Shown piece by piece: positions 20,077 through 28,787 of a stretch of 64,000 bases of DNA. Below the pieces are notes generated by a model that searched no databases, had not been told where the DNA came from, and saw only the letters and a list, made by a program, of their open reading frames with translations. The position numbers and the translations under genes are program-made. Within the stretch, counting starts at the first letter, position 1, and each line of letters opens with the position of its first letter. The DNA is from a candidate division WOR-3 bacterium (GTDB taxonomy: Bacteria > Hydrothermota > Hydrothermia > LBFQ01): contig JALWZG010000018.1 in assembly GCA_027002825.1 (NCBI GenBank), positions 2,661 through 66,660 on the forward strand. The letters are read 5' to 3'.

Positions 20077-20966
20077 GCTTCAAACATAGCTGTGGAAATA
20101 TATCCGAAAGCCCCAGAAATAGTTTCAATCCCGTTTCAATCCCTTATAGGTAGGCTTCAAACACGGCACGGGAGAGAGTGAAATCATCCACGACGGCAGT
20201 TTCAATCCCTTATAGGTAGGCTTCAAACTCCGCAAAAACAGAGCCGTCGTCGTAGCCGAATACGGTTTCAATCCCTTATAGGTAGGCTTCAAACAGGTCG
20301 TCTTGGGTTAGGCGACGGCGGGCAGTTTCAAGTTTCAATCCCTTATAGGTAGGCTTCAAACCCGATGTTAAGGCACTTTATGTCTGCAGTCATCATTGTT
20401 TCAATCCCTTATAGGTAGGCTTCAAACCCTGTGCGTATGCCCGTGGGGAGTGCAGACGTTTGCCGTTTCAATCCCTTATAGGTAGGCTTCAAACAGGTGT
20501 GGGTGGAGTACGAGATGCGGAGATCATCCGAGTTTCAATCCCTTATAGGTAGGCTTCAAACGAGTAGGATCCGGGACGGACGGTCTCTTCCGTGTCCTGT
20601 TTCAATCCCTTATAGGTAGGCTTCAAACCGGACGTGTTCGGATCCCCCCGCCCTGGCGGGAGAAAACAGTTTCAATCCCTTATAGGTAGGCTTCAAACTA
20701 TTGAGGATGCAAGGGGTGTGAGGGTGGAAGCCCAAGTTTCAATCCCTTATAGGTAGGCTTCAAACGCAAAGACGACAATATAATGGTTTTGTCGTAGTCC
20801 GGGTTTCAATCCCTTATAGGTAGGCTTCAAACCTTTCGTGAAAAGCACACTCCCTCGCCTGTGGAGATGTTTCAATCCCTTATAGGTAGGCTTCAAACTT
20901 GTGGTTTTGGGGTGGGAGTATCCCCTTGCACAGGTGGTTTCAATCCCTTATAGGTAGGCTTCAAAC
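20056..20966 (-). CRISPR. CRISPR array: 14 x 30-nt repeats, 13 spacers of 36-40 nt (terminal spacer 47 nt, including an 11-nt partial repeat); no cas genes in window
   Basis: Plus-strand repeat GTTTCAATCCCTTATAGGTAGGCTTCAAAC, identical in 13 copies; the copy at ~20056 has one mismatch (CTCATAGG), marking the trailer end. The minus-strand form ends in ATTGAAAC (the canonical Cas6 8-nt 5' handle), so transcription runs from a leader near 21000-21240 toward 20056. Confidence 0.9.
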
Positions 20967-21245
20967 CCGTCTCTCATCCCACCCTCTAAACTCAATTGTC
21001 ATGCGGAGCTACCGGGTATTATAAGGGCGGGAAAACGAAGGTGTATGTTCGTAAACCTCCAATCCTGCGCGAAAGCCGGGGGGTTTGCGAAGGGAGTGTG
21101 AATGCCCGTGGCCATTAGAGAAACGGCCATCAAGTTCACCTGAACGACCGTTCAAACACTCCGCACAAAGCGGGATTTTTCGGAGGTTTGCGAAGTCGCT
21201 TTTTAACACAAAGCAGTCTGCAATACAGAATTACAGCCTCATCGT
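20967..21245 (-). promoter_or_regulatory. Putative CRISPR leader, with a TATAAT -10 element on the minus strand (~21018-21023) about 55 nt upstream of the first leader-proximal repeat
   Basis: 279-nt non-coding stretch between the last perfect repeat and the priA stop; TTATAATA on the minus strand. Confidence 0.4.
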
Positions 21246-23354
21246 TCAATCCACATCGTAGGGATCAACATCCCAAAAGGTTGTTTCACCTAAGGGAAAT
21301 TCGGAAAGCCTTTCGGCCACATCCCTTATATCGGAGATCCTGTCGGCCAAAACCGTAATTCTGACCCTGTACCACCCCCTTACCCTCGCTTTGGAGGGAT
21401 AATAAGGCCCCCAGAGAACGGCCGGTCCCTTATATAGCGACACAAAATCCTCAAGAACACTCTCGTTCAGCTTCCACCGGTCTTCTCTTCTGGTCCTAAC
21501 CTCAAACACGGCCATTCTCCTGAAAGGAGGCAAAAGCAGTCCTCTGCGGGCGGCGTACAGCTCCTCGTATATCCTCTGGGTATATCTTTCCTTCACGGCT
21601 TTTATCACCCTATGCTCAGGTGTCCTCGTCTGTATCACGGCCACACCTCCTGTCCTTATCCTTCCTATTACCTGCATGAGTATTTGAAAGGTTTTCTCCT
21701 CTGCCCTGAAATCCGCCGGACGTGAGAGGAAGGAATCGGCGTTTAACACACCCACGAATCCCACGTTTTTAAAATCCAATCCCTTTACAACCATCTTGGT
21801 ACCCACCAAAATCCTCACCCTACCCTCACCGAAATCCTCCAACACCCGTATAACATCCCTCCTGCGACGGACGGAATCGGTGTCCAACCTCGCAACGGGA
21901 ACCGGGTACTCCGCCCTTAACACCTCCTCAACCCTCTGTGTACCAGTTCCGGAGCCTTTGAGGTTAGGACCCTTGCACACCGGACAAACGGCGGGTGGAA
22001 ACGTTCTGTATCCGCACACGTGGCACTTCAAAAGCCCTCCCCTGTGGAGAGCGAGGACGGTGTCGCAGTTTATACACTTAACGGGGTTCCCACAATCCTC
22101 ACAGTAGTAGTAAGGTAGGAGACCCCTCCTGTTGAGAAAAACTATGGCGTTTTTACCCTCCCTCAACGCCTCGGAGAGGTATTCCCTGAACTCCTCGGAA
22201 AACATATCCCTCCTCCCCCTCATGTCAACCACCTCTATACGGGCGTCCTTTCCACCGTGCATTTTCCCCTTGAGCCTCAAGAGGGTGTACTTACCCCTAC
22301 GCACGTTGTGATAGCTCTCAAGGGAGGGTGTTGCGGATCCCAAAAGGGCAACCGCTCCACTCTTGTAAGCCCTTAAAACGGCCACATCGCGAGCGTTGAA
22401 AAGGGGTGGTCTCTCGTGTTCCTTAAAGCCACCTTCATGTTCCTCGTCCACTATCACCAGTCCCAGATCCCTCAGTGGTATAAAAACACCGCTCTTAACC
22501 GCCATAACCACCCTAACCCTTCCCTCCAGAGCCGCAAACCATACGTGCGACCTTTGAACGGGGGTTATTCCGCTGTGGAAAAGGGCGAACTCCTCCTTAA
22601 AGGCCTCGTAGAACGCCCGTGCGAGGTGATAGGAGAGGAGTATTTCAGGCACAAGGACGAGAACCGACCTTCCGGCCTTTAAAGCCTCCCTGGCGGCGTT
22701 TATGTACACGAAAGTCTTACCCGAACCCGACTCCCCCCAAAGGAGAAACCCTTTGTACCTACGGCGCTTTATGGCCTCTCTGATCCTGAAGATCACCCTC
22801 TCCTGTTCGGCAGTGGGTTTTTCGGGCAAGGCCATCTCATGCGTGTACTCCAGAACCTTTATGCGACCGGGTTTGGGGATCTTGTAAACCTCCTTTACCT
22901 CAACATGCCCCCTTTTTGCCCATCTTTTCAAAAGTCCGCTGTAATCCTTCCCAAACCTCCTCCGCACGGATTTGAGCGTGCGACATCTCCTCAGGTATTC
23001 CCAGAGGTCTATATGCTCCATTCTCACAAGGGGGGGAGGGTTTTGTGAGATCCTGCGAAAGCATATCTCCGCCCTCTTCTGCAGGGTGGGGGGTAAGATC
23101 AGGGGGAGAAACCTCTCCATCGGCGTTATGTAGTACGCGGATAGGAACTCCACCAAATCCAACACCTCCTCCGGAATCCGGATACCGAGATGTGAATAGA
23201 TCCCTCTCGCCTCTCCCTTCCACCCCGACTCGCCGAGGACCACCCCCGTGACCTTTGAACTCCTGATGGGTACGCTCACCACATCCCCCCTGCCGATCCC
23301 CTCAGCGGAATAGGCGAAGATGCCGGCCTGGGTTAAGACGTCGTAGTTGGGCAT
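21246..23354 (-). CDS. priA: Primosomal protein N' (PriA helicase); start placed at M21 of the track ORF
   Basis: Walker A GESGSGKTFVY, DEEHE box, Cys4-Cys4 zinc-binding region; the M21 ATG overlaps the upstream GT2 stop by 1 nt (TGATG). Confidence 0.85.
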   Translation of the reverse strand: MPNYDVLTQAGIFAYSAEGIGRGDVVSVPIRSSKVTGVVLGESGWKGEARGIYSHLGIRIPEEVLDLVEFLSAYYITPMERFLPLILPPTLQKRAEICFRRISQNPPPLVRMEHIDLWEYLRRCRTLKSVRRRFGKDYSGLLKRWAKRGHVEVKEVYKIPKPGRIKVLEYTHEMALPEKPTAEQERVIFRIREAIKRRRYKGFLLWGESGSGKTFVYINAAREALKAGRSVLVLVPEILLSYHLARAFYEAFKEEFALFHSGITPVQRSHVWFAALEGRVRVVMAVKSGVFIPLRDLGLVIVDEEHEGGFKEHERPPLFNARDVAVLRAYKSGAVALLGSATPSLESYHNVRRGKYTLLRLKGKMHGGKDARIEVVDMRGRRDMFSEEFREYLSEALREGKNAIVFLNRRGLLPYYYCEDCGNPVKCINCDTVLALHRGGLLKCHVCGYRTFPPAVCPVCKGPNLKGSGTGTQRVEEVLRAEYPVPVARLDTDSVRRRRDVIRVLEDFGEGRVRILVGTKMVVKGLDFKNVGFVGVLNADSFLSRPADFRAEEKTFQILMQVIGRIRTGGVAVIQTRTPEHRVIKAVKERYTQRIYEELYAARRGLLLPPFRRMAVFEVRTRREDRWKLNESVLEDFVSLYKGPAVLWGPYYPSKARVRGWYRVRITVLADRISDIRDVAERLSEFPLGETTFWDVDPYDVD

Positions 23355-24601
23355 CAGGGTAGGATGGGGGTTCTCGTGAAGTTGAACACCCTTCTGCGGT
23401 GTATGGCCGCCCACCTTATAGCCGTCTTCGTACGGGTCTTGAAGTGGTATCCCCTGGTGGCATCCGTTGAACCCGCATGTCTGCGGTATCTGTAGAGTAC
23501 GGAGTGAATGCGACCCACGGGGTAGAGCTCTGAAATCCTCAGGACGAGATCGTAATCCTCGGCGAAATGCGGCACGTTCCTCTCGTCAAACCCGCCGAGC
23601 CTTTCAAGGACCTCCCTCCTGTAGGACCTGACCGCTCCCGCTCCGTCCACCCTGAGGATGTTGTTTATACTGAACTCAAGGTGCTTGACGATCGGAAGGG
23701 TTTCCACGACGTTGCCCTCTTCGTCCACCACCTCGTAGTAGGAGACGGCCAAACCCACCGGATTTTCCCTGTGATACTCGTATATCGTCCTCAGGGCCCA
23801 AGGCGTGTAGGTGTCGTCGGAGTCCAGCTGTGAAACTATCCATCCCCTACTCTCCCTGACGGCCATGTTCAAACACTCCGATAGGGATTTCCCGGCTGTC
23901 CTTATCAGTTTTATCCTCTTGTCCCTTTTCGCATACCTCTCAACAACACCATCCGTCCCATCCGTAGAGCCGTTGTCCACCACGATCATCTCCCAATCCT
24001 CAAAGTCGTTGGCCAAAACGGACTCTATGGCCTCCCCGATAAACCTCACCCTGTCCTTAACGGGCGTTATGACCGATACACGTGGAGAATGGGGAGGCGT
24101 TTTCAGGGGGAGGTTTAACGGCCTGTGGAGGTAGGCCCCCACCCTTCTCAAAAACCCGTAAAAGACCTCCTCAACCTCCCTCTCGTAATCCTGACCGTAC
24201 ATCAGGTATTTGAAGGCCTCGCTGTGTAGTTTCCCGAAGTCCTCCGCAGAAGGCTCCTCGGCCACCACCTCGTCCACAACGGCATGGGTTTTCCCTTCGG
24301 AGTAAAGGCTCAGGAGGGCGTAGTACTCCCAGACCCGACCGTAACGTTCCGCCCCTATTTCCTTTAAAAACTCAACGTTGTAAAGCCTGAACGGCCCTTT
24401 ACGTATCCTCTCGGTTATATCCCTGTAGTGTGCGGGCCTTTTAACCTCCCCACCGGAGGTGTAGTTGAAAAACACGACCTCGGCCTTGGGAAGATGTCGT
24501 GGAAAGCTCAGGATGGACACACCGGGTGAATAGACCGCTACCCAACCCTCACCGGGAAGAGCCTCCAGGGGATTCCCCTCGGGGAGCAGGTACAACCTCA
24601 C
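23354..24601 (-). CDS. Two-domain protein: unknown N-terminal ~170 aa + family-2 glycosyltransferase (GT-A)
   Basis: GT2 motifs VSVITPVKD...IVVDNGSTDGT...QLDSDD; translationally coupled to priA. Confidence 0.75.
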   Translation of the reverse strand: MRLYLLPEGNPLEALPGEGWVAVYSPGVSILSFPRHLPKAEVVFFNYTSGGEVKRPAHYRDITERIRKGPFRLYNVEFLKEIGAERYGRVWEYYALLSLYSEGKTHAVVDEVVAEEPSAEDFGKLHSEAFKYLMYGQDYEREVEEVFYGFLRRVGAYLHRPLNLPLKTPPHSPRVSVITPVKDRVRFIGEAIESVLANDFEDWEMIVVDNGSTDGTDGVVERYAKRDKRIKLIRTAGKSLSECLNMAVRESRGWIVSQLDSDDTYTPWALRTIYEYHRENPVGLAVSYYEVVDEEGNVVETLPIVKHLEFSINNILRVDGAGAVRSYRREVLERLGGFDERNVPHFAEDYDLVLRISELYPVGRIHSVLYRYRRHAGSTDATRGYHFKTRTKTAIRWAAIHRRRVFNFTRTPILP

Positions 24602-24636
24602 GGCGGAATTCTAAACGGGATTAGAATTCCAAGGCG

Positions 24637-25656
24637 ATGCTGAAAACCTTTTCCCTCTGGTGGAAAGCCCTAAACGTCATACCCAGGATTACGAAGGAGG
24701 AATGGGAGAGGTACGACCCCATAACCCGTTGGCTTGTGGCCGGTAGATCGGCCGTTCTGGTCATGACCTTCACGTCCGCCACAATAGGAGGCCTGTTTGC
24801 GGCCCTCCACGGCAGGTTCTCCTGGAGCCTATACCTCCTCACCACCCTCGGTCTCATCCTGGCCCACGCCGCGAGCAACTTCTTCAACGACCTCTTTGAT
24901 TACAAGCTCGGCCTGGACGAGGAGAACTACTTCCGCGCCAAGTACGGCCCCCAGCCCTTGGTGGCCGGCCTACTTGACGAGAGGGGCGTCCTGAAGTACG
25001 GCCTCATAACGATGCTTTTGGCTGCGGCCGTAGGCCTTTACCTCACCTATGTCAGGGGTTGGGTCGTCGCCCTCCTCGCCCTGATCGGCTTTGTCTCCAT
25101 AATGGGATACTCCTTTTCCAAAAGGGTGGGACTGGGAGAACCCCTCGTGGTACTGGTCTGGGGTCCCCTCATGGTGGCCGGTACGTACTACGTCATAACC
25201 GGGCAGTGGTCATGGGACGTGTTCTATGCGGGGTTGGTTTACGCCCTCGGTCCCACAAGCGTCCTCTTCGGCAAACACATAGACAAGTACGAGGACGACC
25301 TCGCGCGCGGGATAAAAACCCTGCCGATCGTTTTGGGCAAAGAGATGGCTAAAAACGTGGCCAAGGTTTTGATGATAGGCATGTACGTGGGGGTTCTGTT
25401 GTTGGTGTTTCTGCGAGTCCTCCCCTTCACCACCCTTGTCGTAATCCTCGCGGTGGACAAGCTCTCGCTCGCCGTGAGGGCTTTCTCCTCGGAAAAACCC
25501 AAATCCCCACCGCGGGGTTATCCGCCGGAGGCGTGGCCCATGTGGTACGTGGCCTTTGCCTTCGTCCACAACCGCAAGTTCGGCTTGCTCTTCCTCCTGG
25601 GTCTACTGCTCGGCTTACTCCTCAACGCCCACATCCCCACCTCCTCCAGCGTATAA
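24637..25656 (+). CDS. menA: UbiA-family aromatic prenyltransferase, MenA-like (1,4-dihydroxy-2-naphthoate polyprenyltransferase)
   Basis: NDLFDYKLGLDEE (NDxxDxxxD) motif; 8-9 TM helices; ~340 aa. Confidence 0.65.
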   Translation: MLKTFSLWWKALNVIPRITKEEWERYDPITRWLVAGRSAVLVMTFTSATIGGLFAALHGRFSWSLYLLTTLGLILAHAASNFFNDLFDYKLGLDEENYFRAKYGPQPLVAGLLDERGVLKYGLITMLLAAAVGLYLTYVRGWVVALLALIGFVSIMGYSFSKRVGLGEPLVVLVWGPLMVAGTYYVITGQWSWDVFYAGLVYALGPTSVLFGKHIDKYEDDLARGIKTLPIVLGKEMAKNVAKVLMIGMYVGVLLLVFLRVLPFTTLVVILAVDKLSLAVRAFSSEKPKSPPRGYPPEAWPMWYVAFAFVHNRKFGLLFLLGLLLGLLLNAHIPTSSSV

Positions 25657-25664
25657 TACCATCT

Positions 25665-26315
25665 ATGCTTGAATCCCTGAGGGCGATTTTTACAGGCATG
25701 GCCATAACCTTTAAGCATTTCGTTAAAAACGTCGCCAACAACAGGTTTACCGTTCAGTACCCCTTCCAGAGGAGGGAGCTCCCGCCAAGGGCAAGATGGG
25801 CCCTGGGGCTTCAGGGACGATGTGTGGCGTGCCAGCTCTGTGAGGCCATCTGTCCGACGGAGGCTATTTATATTGAAGGTGTGGGCAAGGACGGCTCTAA
25901 CAGGACGGCCGGAATATGGCTCTGGGACGCCGGACGTTGTATGTACTGCGGTCTCTGCGTTGAGGCATGCCCGGAGGAGGTTATCGTGATGACCAATCTG
26001 TACGAGCTGGCGACACCCACACGCGAGGATATGATATGGAACAAGCAGAAACTCTACAAGGCCAAAAAGGACGTCTACGGGCCAAAGCCGACCTTCGCTT
26101 GGATGGGCTTCTACCGTCGCCTTAAGGACATGGGTACGGCCGTCACCGTAGGCGGGGTTTTCAAGGCGTGGAAGGATTACATCAACCCCTACTTCCGGAA
26201 GAAGGGGAAGGGGTTCTATCAGGGTGCAAGGGGTAAGATGTTCGCCTTTGAGGAGGAAAAACCCAAAACCCCTGTTAGAAAACCGGCTGCGAGGAAGACC
26301 CAGCCCAAGAGGTGA
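25665..26315 (+). CDS. NuoI-like 2x[4Fe-4S] ferredoxin with Lys-rich C-terminal extension (start at internal M, after the menA stop)
   Basis: NuoI-type N-terminus (FKHFVKNVANNRFTVQYPFQRR), CVACQLCEAICP and CMYCGLCVEACP cluster motifs; ~70-aa K-rich tail; ATGA overlap with the downstream HAD gene. Confidence 0.65.
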   Translation: MLESLRAIFTGMAITFKHFVKNVANNRFTVQYPFQRRELPPRARWALGLQGRCVACQLCEAICPTEAIYIEGVGKDGSNRTAGIWLWDAGRCMYCGLCVEACPEEVIVMTNLYELATPTREDMIWNKQKLYKAKKDVYGPKPTFAWMGFYRRLKDMGTAVTVGGVFKAWKDYINPYFRKKGKGFYQGARGKMFAFEEEKPKTPVRKPAARKTQPKR

Positions 26316-27100
26316 TAAAGCCCTTCCTCATCCTTGACCTTGACGGTACCGTCCTGGACGACAGAAAGGAGATATATGAGGGTTTCCTTGACGTCCTGCC
26401 CCGCTTGAGGGATATGTTTGAGGTGGTGGTCGCCTCGGGTAGGGCGAAGTATTCGGTTGAAAACTACCTGAAACGGATGGGTCTACCCAAGAGATACGTG
26501 AGCTTTGAAGGGGCGTACGTGGTGTGGGACGGGCATACGGTCTACCAAAAACCCTTTGAGGGAAAAGTCCTTAAAGCCATTCTCGGAGAGTACGGGGGTT
26601 TACCCCACGTCCTCTTCTACCTTCACAGGGTTGAGCCGAGCGAAAGCTTTCTCAGGGAGTTCAGATCCTACCTTGAGAGATGGGGTGTGGACAGGGTGGG
26701 TAAGGAGGGAACGGGCGTGTACAAGGTTGTTCTGGCAAAGAGGGGGAAACCGGAGGACATACCCGCGGAAAGGATACCCGGCACCGTCTTCGTGTACCGT
26801 AGAAAGGGGACTGATCACGTCTTCTGGGATATAGCACCCCCTGGCACGGGAAAGACTAAGGGGGTCAGGATCCTGCTGCGGAGGTTGGGTGTGGACCCAA
26901 GGGCTTGCGTGGTGGTCGGGGATTACTACAACGACGTGGGGTTGTTCCGTATGTGCGGTTTGAGCGTGGCCTCACCCAACTCGCCTGAAGACGTGAAGGC
27001 CGAGGCGGACACGGTGGGATGGCTTTGGGACGTGGAGGTTTACAGGCGTATAGAGGGTTTCTACGTGGAGGTGAAAAAACACCTACGGTTTCAGGTGTAA
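26312..27100 (+). CDS. HAD-superfamily hydrolase, Cof-like (IIB) phosphatase
   Basis: DLDGT motif I at N-terminus, GDYYND motif IV near C-terminus. Confidence 0.75.
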   Translation: MIKPFLILDLDGTVLDDRKEIYEGFLDVLPRLRDMFEVVVASGRAKYSVENYLKRMGLPKRYVSFEGAYVVWDGHTVYQKPFEGKVLKAILGEYGGLPHVLFYLHRVEPSESFLREFRSYLERWGVDRVGKEGTGVYKVVLAKRGKPEDIPAERIPGTVFVYRRKGTDHVFWDIAPPGTGKTKGVRILLRRLGVDPRACVVVGDYYNDVGLFRMCGLSVASPNSPEDVKAEADTVGWLWDVEVYRRIEGFYVEVKKHLRFQV

Positions 27101-27109
27101 AATTCCTTC

Positions 27110-27706
27110 ATGATGTTGGTACACCTGCTCACCCTCACGGGTGCGGATGTGGTCGGAAACGTTAAAAAGGCGGCGGCAAACCTAAAGGACTACACCTCCA
27201 GAATGGAGTCCAAAACCTACAAGGACGGAAAGATGGAGTACAAGCTCTACCAGCACAAATACCTGAGACCCGGTTTCATCTTCATGAAGGTTGTAAAGGG
27301 GAAGAACAAAGGCGGAGTGGCCGTTTACAACCCCTACAAGAAAAAGGTGAGGGCGAAGAAAGGGTTTATAAAGGTCTGGCTCTCACCGGATGACAGACGC
27401 CTGAGGTCTCCCGTAGGACACCGCATTTACGAAAGCACCATACCGTGGTTCGTGGACCGCCTTGACACCCGTGCGAAGTTCCTGCACGAGGGAACACTCT
27501 TCGGAAGGAGGGTTTACGTCCTTGAGCAGCCCCTTGATCCCTCCAAAAACTACGGAGCGGTAAAGGCCAAGTACTGGATAGACGCCGAGATGAACCTCCC
27601 ACTGCAGATTTCCGACTACGGCTCGGACGGGAAGGTCATACGGACCGTCAAGTACCGGCGTTTGAGGGTGAACGTGGGACTCACGGAAAAGGACTTCAAC
27701 ATCTGA
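27110..27706 (+). CDS. Hypothetical basic protein (possible LolA-like/periplasmic)
   Basis: ORF with coding-like composition; no motif recognised. Confidence 0.35.
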   Translation: MMLVHLLTLTGADVVGNVKKAAANLKDYTSRMESKTYKDGKMEYKLYQHKYLRPGFIFMKVVKGKNKGGVAVYNPYKKKVRAKKGFIKVWLSPDDRRLRSPVGHRIYESTIPWFVDRLDTRAKFLHEGTLFGRRVYVLEQPLDPSKNYGAVKAKYWIDAEMNLPLQISDYGSDGKVIRTVKYRRLRVNVGLTEKDFNI

Positions 27707-27710
27707 GGAT

Positions 27711-28787
27711 ATGTACGAGAAGTTCGTCAAAACACGTGGGATTTTTTACGCCGCCTTCATAGCCGCCCCCCTCTCCCTGATAGTCAACTCCTTCACGGTT
27801 GACGAGGTGTACGAGAGGGAGGTTCTGGTCGTACCCTCCCTTGAAGAGGCCTACAGGATACAGGCCGAGCAAACCCTTACGCTCACCCTCCTCAGGAACG
27901 TCCTCACAACCCCATCCCAGATCTTCCTCGATATAGTCTACCCCTATTCCTTCAAAAAGGAGTTCATAGAAACCTACCGGCTGGACACCACGTTTGAGGA
28001 TTCCATGAAGATGGACGATATGGTCAGGGCGCTCAACAAAAAGATAACCGTTCAGCCCATGCCCAGCGCCGCCCTCCTGATAAAGGTCAGGGACGAGAAC
28101 AAGGAGAGGGCCGGTAGGATCGCCATGTGGTTCGTTGAGTTCTTGGACAAGAAGTCAAACGAGGTCATAAACGTAAAGGGTAGAAGCCTCAGGAAGTTCT
28201 TAGAGGCCAGGATCAAAGAGGTTGAAGCGCAGATATCCGCCCTCCAGGACAGCATAGCATCTCTGGAGGTGAAGGGGAAGTTCCTCTCCGAGGCACCGGC
28301 GGATATACTGGGCCCCGCCATATCCTCCCTCTTGCAGAACCTCGCGCAAAAGGAGATAGAGCTGTCCGTGATAGAGAACTTTTACTCCCCAGAGGCGGCG
28401 GAGGTGGATGTGCTTAGGCGGGAGATAGACCTGCTGAGAGAGGAGATCGAGAGGAGGTTCTCCCACCTACCCTCCGTGTTGCAGAAGGTCATAAGGTACA
28501 GGTTGGAGCTGGAGCTCAAGGGAAGGATTTACGCCCTGCTTTACGAGGAGTACGAGAGGGCGAGGATAATGGAGATGAAAAACACCCCTCTCCTACAGGT
28601 CGTATCCGAACCGGGAGGGTTTGACAGAAAGGTGTGGCCGAAGAGGGTTCTCCCGACCCTGGCCACGGCCACCGGTATGTTTTTCTCGTACCTCCTCCTC
28701 CTGACCTTTTTCCTTGTCGTTGACAGACTGGAGGGTACGGAGATCGGAAGGATCATCCGCTACATAAGGAAAGACCTGGGGTCATGA
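27711..28787 (+). CDS. Wzz-like polysaccharide chain-length determinant (PCP) protein
   Basis: N- and C-terminal TM helices flanking a coiled-coil periplasmic region; sits in a glycosyltransferase cluster. Confidence 0.5.
   Translation: MYEKFVKTRGIFYAAFIAAPLSLIVNSFTVDEVYEREVLVVPSLEEAYRIQAEQTLTLTLLRNVLTTPSQIFLDIVYPYSFKKEFIETYRLDTTFEDSMKMDDMVRALNKKITVQPMPSAALLIKVRDENKERAGRIAMWFVEFLDKKSNEVINVKGRSLRKFLEARIKEVEAQISALQDSIASLEVKGKFLSEAPADILGPAISSLLQNLAQKEIELSVIENFYSPEAAEVDVLRREIDLLREEIERRFSHLPSVLQKVIRYRLELELKGRIYALLYEEYERARIMEMKNTPLLQVVSEPGGFDRKVWPKRVLPTLATATGMFFSYLLLLTFFLVVDRLEGTEIGRIIRYIRKDLGS

Noticed and set aside
20121-20132. Possible second, separate mini-array or extra repeat at 20122
   Set aside because: It is only an 11-nt 5' fragment of the repeat fused to repeat 2, interpreted as trailer-end decay within one array.
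21009-21209. 66-aa ORF inside the putative CRISPR leader
   Set aside because: It lies in the non-coding leader between array and priA, with no RBS or motif. Leaders commonly contain chance ORFs.
23335-23415. Apparent 1-nt discrepancies between my base-by-base reading and the track translations near the GT2/priA junction
   Set aside because: Most likely my own reading error. Coordinates were taken from the ORF track, and nucleotide-level positions I derived myself are flagged as approximate to 1-2 nt.
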